Shown: positions 26,985 through 40,900 of the stretch, piece after piece
Layout of the letters: the number at the start of each line of letters is the position of its first letter
Numbering within the stretch: the stretch's first letter is position 1
DNA from: Octopus vulgaris
Taxonomy: Eukaryota
Direction of reading: 5' to 3'
DNA: 64,000 nt
Assembly (NCBI GenBank): GCA_951406725.2
Contig: OX597824.1
Coordinates: 58,032,001 to 58,096,000, forward strand
Program-made: the position numbers and the translations under genes
Notes under the pieces: model-generated
Seen by the model: the letters and a program-made list of their open reading frames with translations, nothing else
What the model was told of the DNA's origin: nothing
The model's database searches: none

Positions 26985-27140
26985 TAAACAAAAGACGAAG
27001 ACAGGTGTATGAACAAGAAGTAAGTGTATTAGTTTGACGCTCGGTAAAAAGAAGTCTTTTACATTTCGAGCCTACTCTCTTCAACAGAAAGGAATAAGAG
27101 AAAATGAAAAAACTTGGAGATTTCCGCAGCCAAGCATGGC
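26985..27140 (-). mobile_element. pLTR-like element with minimal HHR-like motif (27054-27092)
   Basis: CCTTT-CTGTTGA-A-GAGA-GTAG-GCTC-GAAAT-GT-A-AAAGA; adjacent to (CATA)n. Confidence 0.6.
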
Positions 27141-27390
27141 GAATATATTTATTCTGTCTTTTACTTGTTACAATCATTATTAGTCTACAGTCATGCTGGG
27201 GCACCGCTTTGAAGAATTTTTAGTCGAATGAATCGACACCAGTACATTTTTTTAAAGCCTAGTACTCAATGTATACTTCCCTTTTGCTGAAACCCTAAGT
27301 TACAGGAGCGTAAACAAATCAACGCCGGTTGTCAAGCAGTGATGGGGGAAAAACACAGCCACAAAGACACACATACGCATAGATATGTGC

Positions 27391-27429
<39 letters not shown>

Positions 27430-28052
27430 TATGAATATATACATACATATATGCAGATACCTACATATACATGCATATATGGGTACAGGACATAAAAAAA
27501 AACGAGACAGAATGAGAACCGAGAACATAAAAAACAAAAATATAGAAAACGAACTTTTTCTGAACAACGAAAAAAAAAAAGCAAACAAACAGAGAAACGA
27601 CACATGCAACATAAAGAACATTTCCTTCATCAGTTGTCCCCTGTTTTATCTACTTCGCGTTGGAAGGTAAGGACAAGACGCGACTTCGTTAAAACAGACC
27701 TTACCGCAAAGCAAGTTAAATAAAATTTGGTATTTTTTGCGGAGAGTGAAAGTGGTAACAAAAACAGGACAGTGAGAACAAAACAGTAAAAAGAAACGGT
27801 GAGGGCTATTAAGGCAAGACGATCTGAAGTGCTGAACGCTGGAAAAACGAGCTTTGAGAAGAGACAGATAAAAACACGTCTTGTCTTTTAGGAAGGAAGT
27901 GGAAGAAAGAAAGAGTGGTCGTTAGTCACGTGTGAGCAACGAGAGAGTCAAGGAGGAAGAGTGGGAGAAAGAGAGAGAGAGAGGGGAACGATGAAGGGGA
28001 GAGGAGAAGAATAGGGAAAGGGTGGGAGAAAAAAACAGAAAGGAATATATAC

Positions 28053-28195
28053 ACGACGGGCTTCTTTCAGTTTCCGTCAACTAAATCCACTCAGAGGCTT
28101 TGGTTGGCCCGAGGCTATAGTAGATGACACCTGCCCTAAGTGCCATGCATTGGGACTGAACCTGGAACCATGTGGCTGGGAAGCAAACTTCTTAC
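28053..28195 (-). mobile_element. SINE family A 5' half, lacking its extreme 5' end
   Basis: Minus strand reads GTAAGAAGTTTGCTTCCCAGCCACATGGTTCCAGGTTCAGTCCC. Confidence 0.8.
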
Positions 28196-28249
28196 TTCGG
28201 CGGGAAATTGAACCCCGGTCTCCCGTGTGACAGGCGGGGATACCTACCA
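28196..28249 (-). pseudogene. tRNA-Asp(GTC) fragment, 5'-truncated
   Basis: GGTAGGTATCCCCGCCTGTCACACGGGAGACCGGGGTTCAATTTCCCGCCG closely matches the eukaryotic tRNA-Asp anticodon and T arms; the 5' acceptor stem is missing. Confidence 0.8.
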
Positions 28250-28907
28250 TGTATGTATGTATGTATGTATGTATGTATGTATGTATGTATGTATGTATGT
28301 ATGTATGTATGCATGTATGTATGTATGTATGTTATGTATGTATGTATGTATGTATGTTATGTATGTAAGTATGTTATGTATGTATGTATGTATGTTATGT
28401 ATGTAAAGTGTGTGTGTGTGTGTGCAGTGAGGATGGGCTTGTTTTAAGGTGGGACAGTGAAATATGTCAACCAAAAGACAGACTATGTTAACATCCGGTT
28501 TACTGCCCCTGCCTATTCATGTATGATCGATCAAAAAACTGAGATGATGACCGCAGCGGTGACATGAAATGGACTCGATCGTTGCGTGACAGCCTCACTT
28601 TAGCCAGATTTATTGGAACCGATTGGCTGAGAGGGGCAATGGAAGTTGCACATATTTTACTATCTTCTCCCCAACCTATCTACCTCAACCCCCTCTTCCC
28701 TCCCCCATCCTCCCTCTCTTCCCTCTCTCTCGCTCTCTCTGTCTCACACACACATACAAGCTCACTCTTTTCTCCCTTTGGTCTCTCTTACATACACTCT
28801 TTATCTCTTTCTCTCTTTTCCTCCCTTAAATATTTTCGCTGTCAATCTCATACACACATCTCTCTCTCCTCTCATACATTTACTCTCTCTCTCTATTTTC
28901 ACACACA

Positions 28908-28952
<45 letters not shown>

Positions 28953-29914
28953 TCTCCATCTCTCTTTCTATCTCTCTGTATTTTGTGTCGAGTAGATGGC
29001 AGAGTTAAGGACTTCTCCATGTTGCAGTAATAACGTCATGAAGGTTGTTGTCGTAGTTGTTGCTTAGCATCAGATCAGTTTTGATCGACAAACTTATATT
29101 CAGAGACATTCCAACATTGACAATCACGTCTTTCCTTAAGTAGAGAGAAACCAAGAGCACATCATCTAATGAGTCATTTCCTAAGACGGCAGGGACTGAC
29201 TTCAGTGCCATCTTGCAGCTATTTCTAGTAGAGCAAGTGATTACACTGATTGTACCACTGTGCTTCATAGTTTGGTCAAACCAATGTTTAGTAATTTTGC
29301 CCTAGTGTTTGGCTACTATAACCAATGTAATAATCGTAACAGAAAAACAAAACAAAAACAAAATACAGTTGGGAGCCAAGCAGGAATCGTTTAAGTAACC
29401 ACTGAATCTGCAAAAAACAAGTGCCGAGTTTTTTTTTTTTAAAGAAGTTAAGAGTATATAAAAGAATATAATCTGAGATAAGGCGGAATGGTCACTGCTG
29501 GAATGAGCCTCTGAAAATTGTTCTGTTTGTTGGATCAAAGTTGTCTTGAGTTTAAACAAATGTAAGCTATTAGCAAAACCAATGAGTTTCTACTGTGAAT
29601 TACCTTGAACCGTAATACACAACTGCTGTACCGCTCTAACGAAGATACAGCACTCGATTGTCATAAAATGCCTCCCAGACATACTCCAGTTCTCGGTTCG
29701 CAGAATACTGTTTCCTTATTCTGCCTTTTTAACAGCTAAAGTTGCGGTGTTCGATGATCTCAGCCAGAGCAGTATGGTATGAAAGACAAGTTGTTACCCT
29801 TTCGACGTCACTGATGGATTCAAATAAACAGCGCAATCATTACAATTTGGCTCAAGTGTTGTCACAGGTGTTTGCTAGAACGAGGTGATAGAAACATCGA
29901 TCTGCCTCAGGGAA

Positions 29915-30056
29915 TCTGACACCTGATTTTTCCTCAGGGTTTCCTCCCGAAGCCTTTCCCATACCTAGAGATGGCCGCAAAGCAGTAGAAGTTTGGAATC
30001 AGGATTTTCCTTCCCCTTGATGGGCGAGTCCTCGCCCCCAGGTTAACGAGCTCTAA
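29915..30056 (-). mobile_element. RTE-type LINE 5' UTR-like fragment
   Basis: GAAGGAAAATCCTGATTCCAAAC..GCTTTGCGGCCAT..GGGAAAGGCTTCGGGAGGAAACCCTGAGGAAAAATCAGG resembles recalled RTE/Expander 5' ends. Confidence 0.45.
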
Positions 30057-30474
30057 TTACCATTTATTAAGGTACAGGGGAGCTGAGAGAATCTGAAAAC
30101 AAACCCAGATGATCATTTGTTTTTCACCTCTCCCTAAAAGAAAGTGATCAAAGGCGACTAATGATAAAGGAGAAATAAGCTTCTGGTGGCATATACCCGC
30201 CATCCAGGTTCTATACATGATCAAGGACGGGCAATATTTCATTTACCCTCTCCTAAAATATGGAACTTAGTTTTGACTATTTAATAGCAATCTATTTTAT
30301 CTGCGTAGATAGGTTATGAGTGAAGGTGGAGTGCGACTGAAAGTAGAGTTTGTCTGAAGACAATAAATGATTGGAAATGGAGCTTAAGAGTGGTGCCGTT
30401 AAAGACGTCCTAAGTTTGACTCAATCGACTCTTGTCAGAGAACATACACACGCACACTTAATCACACTCACTTA

Positions 30475-30521
<47 letters not shown>

Positions 30522-31181
30522 ATGTGCGTTTGCGTGTGTTTGTGTGTGAGAACGGCGTAAAAGATAGGAACTGATTTAATAGTATAATTACAATATATAG
30601 TACAAACATAATATATACCTAACCCTGCATGCTTTCCTGCAAGTGTATGTTGAGCATTTCAATGCTTTCTAATGTAGAATATAAAATATGCAATCGCGCG
30701 CAACCACAGCGTGTGGTCACTGTGTGTGCGTATCATTCACTCCCTTAAACACACACACGTGCACACTTATTTATGAATGTATGCATGAATGTATATATAT
30801 ATAATGTGTTCCAAATATACGATAGCTGTTGTGGTTTCTCGCTTTCTTCCTTTTGTGACATTAGAATATTTATAATGAATGGTGGCCCCAGCTACCTGGC
30901 GCCGCCTCGTATGGAGTAGAGTATGTTTGTGTGTATGAGTGTGTGTGTGTATGTGTGTGTGTTTGTGTGTGTATGTCTGAGTGTGTATGTGCCTGTAGTG
31001 GGGGTTTTGTTTTTACCCTGCAATCTGACAACAGTTGCTGTCGCGTAGGTGCGGAACTATCTTAATTTCCATCGATCTGACTTTTAGAGACGGAGAAAGA
31101 CTGAGAAAGAGTAAAAGAGAGTGAGATAGGAGAAAGAATATAGAGGGTGCCATGTCTGTGTTTGGTTACACACACACACAC

Positions 31182-31216
<35 letters not shown>

Positions 31217-31499
31217 AGTCACAATATATAGAGATTCAAGTAGTCCGGTAGTACTCATAAAAAAGCTCCTTAATGTATCATTCTACAGAATAGAATACAT
31301 AGTACGATACAAGACAAAATGATAAGGAGTGTATAAAGTCACAAATGATAGAGAAATTGTTTGATGAAATTTTATTTAACAATAAAATAATTTTAATATC
31401 ACGACAAATTGTTTCGTAACTTGAAAACATGTATGTAATTATATTTAATGATAAATATATTACATTAATGCAAAATGGAAAAATATATGTATATATATT

Positions 31500-31698
31500 A
31501 CCTTTTATCTTACACTTGTTTCAGTCATTGAACTACGGCCAGGCTGGGGCACCGCCTGAAGAATTTTTAGTCAAATGAAACGATCCCAATACTATTTTTT
31601 TACAGTCTGGTACTTATTCTATCGGTCTATTTTGCTGAACCGCTAAGTTACGGGAACGCAAATACACCAACACCGATTGCCAAGCAGTGGTCGGGGAT

Positions 31699-31747
<49 letters not shown>

Positions 31748-31930
31748 AACACACACGTTCACATGCACACGCACACATGCACATATACGGTGGTCTTCTT
31801 TTAGATTCCGTCTACTAAATCCTCTCACAAGACACTCGTCGTCTCAAAGCTATAATAGAGAAGTTGTCACGCAGTAGAACTGACCCAGAACTATATGGCT
31901 GGGAAGCAAGCTTTTTACCACACCTGCGTC
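31500..31930 (-). mobile_element. SINE family A, diverged
   Basis: Tail, body and head motifs with internal (CA)n. Confidence 0.8.
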
Positions 31931-32419
31931 TATATATAAAAAAGAAGAAAAAACGTATTAAAATGTGTGTGTGCGTGCTCTCATAGACTATGAAATAAAA
32001 TTTGTAGTTTTCAGGTGACAGAATGAAGCAAGTTATTTTCGTTTTCTTTGGGGCATTTACAGTTTGATGATGGTGCGAATCTATGTCCTTCTGAGTTTGA
32101 ACACGATTTTAGAGGATAGTGTGTGTGCGCGCGCTTATGTGTTTGTGCGTGGATGTGTGTGTGTGCATGCGTAGATGTCTGTGTGTGTTTGTGTGTGAGT
32201 GCGTGTGTATATTAATAGATACCTATACATATTTGAACAAATATATATTATGGATCTTGGATATAGACAGCTGTTTGTTCCATTTCCATGAACTTTTCTA
32301 TTCACCCAATCCTCATTATCTCAGAAAACAAAAACCAGATCCTTTTCCAGCATCTTGGATATTTCTCCAACCACTTTTAATGACAACCTGTAAATGTTTC
32401 GTAAAACCAAATCCATTGA

Positions 32420-32660
32420 CTCTCTTAAGTCACTCACCAGTGGATTTTTGCCCTCAAGAATTTGATGAAACCTGATTTACTGGACTCGACATCACTAAAA
32501 TGTTCAATCGTGTCTGGCAGTCTTTCTTGTGAAAACAGCTCAGCTATGGATACAGACTGTATCGCGTCTCCTGGACGAGATAAGATTTCATCTTCGCTTT
32601 ACTGGGCTTATTAATCAACCCTAGACATTTCGTACTCAAGAAAATGTTATGGAACCATGC
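32420..32660 (+). pseudogene. Highly decayed L2/CR1/Jockey-group RT fragment
   Basis: EFDET..GLDITKMFNRVWQ resembles the RT motif LDISKAFDRVWH. Confidence 0.45.
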
Positions 32661-33136
32661 ACCAGAAAGTATCAATTCTTTCTCTCGTTGTCTCTCTCAT
32701 ACACGTTTACTCTCTTTCTCTTACACTCTCGTTCTCTTTCCCTCTCTCCTCCCTTTTTTTCTCCCATTCTTTTCTCTATAATAATACGCAGCGTTTATCG
32801 ATCAAGCCAGCCATTATAACCGTCGAGCTAATGGCATGAAAGTTATGGGATTGGATGAAAGATGTCAGGTGACCAAATTCTAATTTCCTGAAAGAGGACA
32901 CTCAGGTAGATAATTACCATTGGACACATATGCTTGTTGGATTTAAAGCTGGCTGAAATATACAATCTACACTTCTACCTCTATACACCAGAGCATATCA
33001 CTACATACGCACCGCCCTCACACAACCAACAACATATCCTTATATACATACATGTATGTGTGCTCATATATCTACATCTACATGTGTGTGTGCAAGCGTG
33101 AGAGTATATGTATATGTTTGTGCTTATCTATCTATA

Positions 33137-33189
<53 letters not shown>

Positions 33190-33201
33190 CTCTCTCTCTC
33201 T

Positions 33202-33249
<48 letters not shown>

Positions 33250-33258
33250 GTATGTGCG

Positions 33259-33296
<38 letters not shown>

Positions 33297-33300
<4 letters not shown>

Positions 33301-33560
33301 TAAAAAACGGTAAGATAACAAAAGAAAGAGACCTCAATATTATGCAAATAGAGGAAATTTATCTGTGAAATAATATGTGACAATTATTCAGTAGCCAAGA
33401 TAAAACTCTGAGTTTCAGATGCCGAGGTGGAAACCCACAACACCATCTCTTCGGTTATCTGGCCAAATAACCGAAGAGATGGTGTTGTGGATTTCCACCT
33501 CGGCATCCGAAACTCAGAGTTTTATCTTGGCTATTGAATAATTGTCACATATTATTTTAC

Positions 33561-33563
<3 letters not shown>
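33297..33563. mobile_element. Palindromic (TA)n-flanked element with an HHR-like motif on each arm
   Basis: Near-perfect ~100-bp inverted arms 33361-33460 and 33466-33563; each reads ATAA-CCGAAGA-GATG..CATC-N-GAAAC-TCAGA-GT-T-TTAT. Confidence 0.8.
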
Positions 33564-33635
<72 letters not shown>

Positions 33636-35779
33636 TGTATGTATGTACGACTTTAAGTTTTGTGTACATATGTATCTCTATACATGCATACCTACCTACC
33701 TACCTACCTACCTACCTACCTTCATACATACATATATGCATGCATACATACATACATACATACATACATACATACATACATACATACATACATACATACG
33801 TACACGCATACATACATACGTATAAACTATTAGCGACGGAAGCAGTATTTATGCTTTTATTACATAAAAGCAGTATTTATGTATTTATTACATTTGAATC
33901 CAATGTAACATGGGTGTCTTGTTAGAACAGGGAATATGCACCATGGGCTCTCAAGGCTAATAACGCTGTATTCGGTGTTCTAACAAAATATCCATGTAAA
34001 GTTGTGTGTGTTTGTGTGTGTGTGACGGGTTTCCTTCCGTATCCGTCTAGCAAATCCACTCACAAGACTGAAAACTGAATTTTATAAATTTTTCAGTAAT
34101 AGTAAAACGATATATTGCATAGCTCCGTAAATTAAATATTGGTAATCATTGATTTATAAAATGAACTATATGATGTTGAAATGAAAATAACAACATTACC
34201 AATAACTTTAAGATAATACACATTGTTTACAATAAAAACAGAAATGCCCAAATTTCGCATGCACGTTCGTACTAGTAACAGTTTTCTGATTAAAATTACA
34301 CATTGTAGTGGATAGACACCATATTAAATTTATTTTATTTTATTTTGATAATTATGTATTACTGTTATGTGATTATACAGTAAACGATGTTTAACTTAAT
34401 GAAACACTTGTTGAGCACAAAGTATGACCTATATGTGAATTTCTGCTTTTTTAAAAAATGTTACTTTTAAAGATTATTTTGGCTGGTTATGTATATACAT
34501 CAAAAGTCATTTGGATTTACTGGTATGTAAATACGTGTTGAAGTTTTACAGACTGTTACTAATTGAGATCTTAATTGCTGTCGATTTATTCTTTAAGGTT
34601 TACACATTAGTTCTGTATATGGATATACTCACTTTTAGTTAAATAATTGAACAAAAGAACCGTTGGTTCAGGATGCAATGAGAATTTGTACTGACAATCG
34701 ATGAGTTGTGTTAGGCCATTGTCTTATCAACTCTATCATTTCATCTTTGATTCAGAAAAGATGATGAATATATACATTATTAAAGTTCATTACAAATAAT
34801 TAGTAGAGTGTAGAGCATAATGTTGTGCGTCTGAAAGTATTCACTCTTTTAAGAGTTTTATTCAACGGAGGGAAGCTACATTTTCAATAGAATCGATCCT
34901 AGAACTTATTTTATCGTTTGTTAGTTATTCGAACGTAGTTGGCAGATTAAAAAGTAAAGTTAGAAGAAATATCAACATAAAGAGGCATAATCACCAATCA
35001 GCATTTTATTCGACATTCAGCAATAGCTGCCTTACACAGGCCATAATACAACAAGGTATATCTAATAAACCGAACGTCGACTTATTTAATATATTAATGT
35101 GCTGCTGCAATGAAATGGCGAAGTTGTCAGAGTATCGGACAGAATGCATGAAGGCATTTGTTTTTGAACTCTCAATTCAAATCACGCAGATGTAGCTTTT
35201 GATTGTCACCATACTAAGATAGATAAATAAAGTATCAGTTGAGGAATTTGGTTCGGACGAGATATATTTCGTAACTTGTTTATGTTCTGAGTTCATCTTC
35301 TACCTAGATTCCTATTCCACCAATGATCTACAGTAATCTGACTATGGGACCAAACTTGATTATTGAAGATGTAATGGGTAGAATAGGATTGTGACTAGCA
35401 GCTACTTTGGTGTAAGGGCAAGGATGACGACGACCACGGTGATGATGATGATGATGAAAATAACGACGACAGTCTACTGCAGTAGAAATAGTCTAACTAG
35501 AAAAGCATCTACAAAACGGAACAGTTTGAAGATAGAAGCTAGGTCTAAACACAATAGCTTATAAACATTCTCTGAATGTAGTTCTATATAAATCTTTAAT
35601 AAATTTTTTTATAGTTAAGACTATCAGAAATGTTAAGATATCAGCCTCTGCCCACGTTGTCATGCTTTGATTAAAAGGTTACAAAATAGATTAGATTACT
35701 TAGATAAGTTTCGGCCGAAGTTGACTCAGGGCATGTCTAATTTAATAGCACCACCTGGAAGAGATACACAGTCAGCTCT

Positions 35780-36090
35780 GGGGAACCGTAGCCCATTCAA
35801 GCAAAGGGTTATTGTTTTCAGAGACATATCTGGGTGTAGGTGGCTTATCTGGTATTTGTTGAGGGTAATCATCTAGGGATCGTTTGAATGTCGTGAAGTC
35901 ACTTTCCTCCATTGTGTGTCTGGTACGATGTTGAAGAAGCTAGGCCAACTAGTTCTGTCATAGTGTTGTGATACGATACGAACATTTCTGTAGTGGAAGG
36001 ATGGCACGGGGGCCAAGCCACGGACGAATTTTAAAGATGGGCAATGTTGATGGAATATTTTCTACATCATACAGATGATATAGAGCTCAC
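35780..36090 (-). pseudogene. CR1-like LINE ORF2 C-terminal remnant
   Basis: Minus strand gives PSFFNIVP..FKRSLDDYPQQIPDKPPTPRYVSENNNPLLEW. Confidence 0.6.
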
Positions 36091-36168
36091 AGCGGCGGTG
36101 GAGGGAGCAAAGTCTGAGCTTTTTGAGTCGATCCCAATAGTCAAGGCTTGTCATGTCATCCTCCGCAG

Positions 36169-36543
36169 ACCTCCGCCAAGCAGCTTATTTTAAGATAGAT
36201 ACGCGAGTAAAATTACTCATAGAGAAACGAAAATAAATTTTGGAAACAGCATGCCACCATAGGTTATGTGCAAACGATGAAAGTGTCTTCAAGGGAGATA
36301 ATCAAAGAAGTATCATTGTAATACTTCATGTAAAGTAAATATAACAAATGGAAAATCCTTCAAGAATCCATAAAAATTCCCGTATCACTACCAAAATTTC
36401 ATCATCTGTTCTTTGTATCATTACCAACTTTTCCTACAACTTTCATCAAATACCGTTTACAACTTTTTGAGTTATTTTGCACACAAACGTACAAATGGAC
36501 AAACCAACGCCGATGAAAACATAACCTTCCTTGGCAGAGGTAA
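36169..36543. mobile_element. Non-autonomous Helentron/HINE-like or MITE element
   Basis: Inverted pair ACCTCCGCCAAG (36169-36180) / CTTGGCAGAGGT (36530-36541), terminal hairpin GATGAAAACATAACCTTCCTTGGCAGAGGTAA, subterminal ACAA/ACGG-like repeats. Confidence 0.5.
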
Positions 36544-36599
36544 CTAGAGTCTCAGATTTTAATCAAAGTCGCTGGTAAACAGAAAATACAAAAATTTAA

Positions 36600-37095
36600 C
36601 AAAATCCCTATGCGGCACGATATTGTTGCTGAAACAATTTACAATGCCATCCACAAAAAAGACTGTCCTGAAATAAACTTAGAAAATCTCTCTCTTATGG
36701 AATACATTCATAAACACCAACCCAAGGAATACTGATGGAATATTCCCATCAAAACCTCTGTCAAGTGTAAACATAACAGACTGGATATTGTTGTTTGGGA
36801 CAGAGGTGCCACGGTACGTACTCTCATAGAGGTTAGCTGCCTTGCAGATATAAATATCTCTTTGAAAATCAAAGGAAAAAAAAAGAAATTTATATATGCT
36901 TCTATATATGAATATGAATTCATATTCATACCATTAATATTTGGAGCACTAAATTTTGTTAATAAATGCTTAAAGGAGAATCTGGATAAAGTGGAATTTC
37001 AAAAAGAGAAACCGACCGGCTAGTTTGTACATTACAAGTGCAATCTGTGAGTGAAACAGCAAGAATATTCAAGACTTTTCTCAAGTTCCAATTTG
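36600..37095 (+). pseudogene. RLE-type (R4/Dong-like) LINE 3' remnant, endonuclease domain
   Basis: MRHDIVAETIY..WNIPIKTSVKCKHNRLDIVVWD..LIEVSCLADINI..FIPLIFGAL. Confidence 0.75.
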
Positions 37096-37394
37096 TCTGT
37101 GTTAGCTACATCCCCAAAATTGAGCCTTATATTTTGTTGGAAACCGGCTCCTTCCTCAGTGAAAGATATATGATAATTAAAAAATAGAAGAGACATTCAT
37201 ACACACACACATACATACAAACATACATACAACCAGACACACAAACACACAGATATGTATGTGGACACATAAACATGCACACACTCGCACACACAGAGAT
37301 ATAGATAGATACATAGTTAGACAGACAGACAGATAGATAGATATATTGATAGATAGAGATATAGAAAGGCGGACAAAGAGATAGCTAGCTAGCT

Positions 37395-37624
<230 letters not shown>

Positions 37625-37805
37625 TCTGTCTGCCAGTATATATGTAACGGAACGCTATACAAGCTCGTCCGATTCCTCCACTATCCGAGTATGAATCGTA
37701 ATGGTAGGTAACATTTAAATCTCTTTTTTACCAGTTGATATTTCTCTCGTGCTGGACGGAGGACTTTTTTGTTGATCTTTCCAACATAACAACACCATAT
37801 ACATT

Positions 37806-37910
<105 letters not shown>

Positions 37911-37944
37911 TGAGGGAGTTGGTATGTGAAAGCACGTGGTTGGA

Positions 37945-40900
37945 TGTATAAAAAACAAAATAGAATGAAAAAAACTACAGAAGACTTGTATTATATGGTT
38001 AAAGAATATATTTAAATCGTCATGTTACGAAAATGTTATAAAATTTTGTGTGTAGTGACATTGTTTTTGGACAAATAACCGGTTTCGTATTTTCTTTTCA
38101 AATTTCTCAAATTTCTTCACTCATATTGTGTCAGCTCTTTTCTATGGTGTGATGTAGGAGAGTTCCAAACAGGGGGAGGTAATCAGGGATTTATTCGGTA
38201 TAAGGGAGATTATCTCCCTTATACCGAATGTTTCCCTTATACCGAATAAATGTTGGGTATGATTAGGTTTATATTAATTTAACATGATTTGGTTTTGATA
38301 AAATAAAATGTTAGAAGTGGTTAAGTTTTGGTTTATATTTTTCAACGAAGTAGGTTTCCTTATTTAATCTAACTTGTGTTAGTGTTCCAATGGCACATTA
38401 ATAAAATGGAAAGATTACAAATTGTGGTAGCAGTTGCTTTGTGTATCTCTTAGTGTGTTCACTAATATCATTCTGTATTCTGGGAATGCAATCTCCTGTC
38501 GGTGCAGAATGCATCTGCGTCTGAGCGATAATTCTGTGGGCCCTATGTAGTTTTGTTGGAAGCCCGAGCATCTTATAACATAAATCAGGTTTTCTGAGGC
38601 ACAAGTAAAATTAAATTTGATTTTGAATTTTTGTCCCTCTTTAAAAAGGAATTCTAATCCTTCTAGAAGGTTTCGGCATGTTGTGCGATTTGGTCGACCA
38701 CATTTCTTCCCTTTTGCGTCTGTTATTTTAGAAAATAATTTTGCCTTTGTGAGGATCTTTTTTAGTGATATCAGTTGATTGTGGCTTTTTATGATGTGTG
38801 TGTAAAATTTCCTTTACTTTGGGGTCCTTATGTAGCATTGATAGGTTTTGGGTGATGATGGTGAAGGCTTCTTTGTTTCTAAGGTTGTATGTGGATATGT
38901 ACGGTAGTATTTTCGGGGAAGGTGTATTGAACATTTCTTAAGATTTTTATGCCGATTTCTGTTGAATGTCTGATTCCATCCTCTATGAGATGAACTGGGT
39001 AGTATCTGTCAATCAGGGTGTTTTTGAGTTCTTGCAGTCTAAAGTCTCTGGTATTTTTCTCTAACGCTATGGTGCATATCTTTCTTTCGAGGTTAAAGGG
39101 GATGTTTGTTTTGGTGTGTCTCGGGTAGCATGAATTAAATAGTAGATATGGTTTGGCGTCTGTGGTTTTGTAAAATATGTCCGTTTCTATATTTAGGTTT
39201 ATTTTTTTAATTAGTATATCCAAGAATGGGAGATCCTTTTGGTTGTATTCCATTGTGAACTGTATGTTTGGGTTGACGCTGTTCAATAGTCTTTTGAATT
39301 CCAGGAGTTTGTCTGTGTTTTCACTCCAGAGGATAAAACAGTCATCCAGGAATCTTTTCCAATTCTCTTTTATGTATTGGGAAAGGAGGTTTCCAAATGT
39401 AGAGAAAGATTCCTGGTATATTATTATTTCCAGATAGCCCATTGTTAGGTTCGCAATGACTGGGGCTGCCCTAGTACCCATGGCAATTCCGGATTTTTGT
39501 CGATAAAAAGTGTTATCAAACATGAAATGGTTGTTTCGTAGGATGAACTCAACCGATTCAATTATGAATTCTTTGCTGATCTTTTCCGGTATTTCTTCCA
39601 GATATTGGTCCACTCAGAATTGAATTGCCTCTAGCCCATAATTATGAGGTATACTAGTATATAAGTTAATTACATCAAATGAAACCATGATTGTTTCTTC
39701 CTTAACTTTTTTGAGGAGGTAATTTAACATGTCCAAGTCATCTCTGATGTGTTTCAGAAGGATGTCCATAAATAGACTTAGTCTGTGTGTTTCACAGGCT
39801 GGGTCGTCTATAATGGGTCGCAATTTTAGGTCCCCTGGGTTTAGAGTATGCATGCATGTCTTTGGTGACTTTTTATGGTTTCATTTATAATCTGGCTTTT
39901 GTGGATTTTTGGTAGACCGTACAAAAGGGTAGGTTTGCATTTAAAGTTTGTTAAATAGCCAATTTCTTTGGTTGTCAGTTCTTTTTCATTGGTTTTAATT
40001 AGTGAGGATAAGGTTTTCCTTATTTTTGCGGTGTGTAGTTTGTGATTTTTTCGCAATGTTGACTTTCATTCAGCATGGAGATTACTAGATTTTTTATACC
40101 ACGCACTTCCTTTATCTGCTTCCTTAGTCGTTATATCTTCATCATTTTGAAGTTCTGTTAGCTCCCTCCATTGTGTAGTGCTAGAGTTTGAAGTAATTGT
40201 CTGTTTATGCATGGTGTGGTAGGGAATGTTCTCAATGTGATTGCAAAATTCATCAAGATTTTAATTTCTTCCTTTGTGAGGGATGTGTTCAATTTTGTCT
40301 TTGTAACTGGTTAATGCTTCTGTGAGTCTTAATTTTGCACAGAATTCTATTATATTGTCCTTCACTTCATTTTGGTTGGCTCTGCGTGGTGTTGGGATGA
40401 GTTTTAACTCTTTTGAGAAGATGTCTATTTTTGTGCCTGAAAGAGGTTTAGTTGAGAAGTTAATTATCTTCGGTTTTCTTGATCACCAGGTTCTAACCTG
40501 TGTCATGGTGCTTCTGGTCTAGGGCTAAAAAATGTTGGTTGCAATTTTGCTTGCATGAGCTGTCTGTAAGGTTGTATGGGATTGGTCTGAGGGAGTTGTG
40601 TTTTTTTTGCTTCAGATTGTTATGTGTGTGTGGGTGTCTATGGGTGTTTTGGTTAGTGATGTGTGTAACATTTCTGTATGTCGCATATTTTTGTTTGGAA
40701 TTTCTTGTATGCGGGGTGTTTCTTGACCTAGTGTTATTTTGTGTTGTTCCTGTGTTCGGTGGGGACCAGTAGTTTTGGGTCATGGGATAGTAATGCCTGG
40801 TATGTGGTGTGCTTCTTATCCTAGTGTTGTTTTGTGTTGTTAAATTAATAAAACCTAATCATTCCCAATATTTTTGATTATCTCCCTTATACTGAATAAA

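Noticed and set aside
27615-27700. Minus-strand CCTT..AACGCG..GTA..CTGATGAAGG as a possible type II HHR
   Set aside because: GAAA is absent and stem I does not pair; probably a PLE-related repeat but the fold is unsupported.
31390-31460. Minus-strand GAAAC-AATTT-GTC with TATCAT/GTGATA pairing
   Set aside because: No recognisable CUGANGA core; too degenerate in AT-rich sequence.
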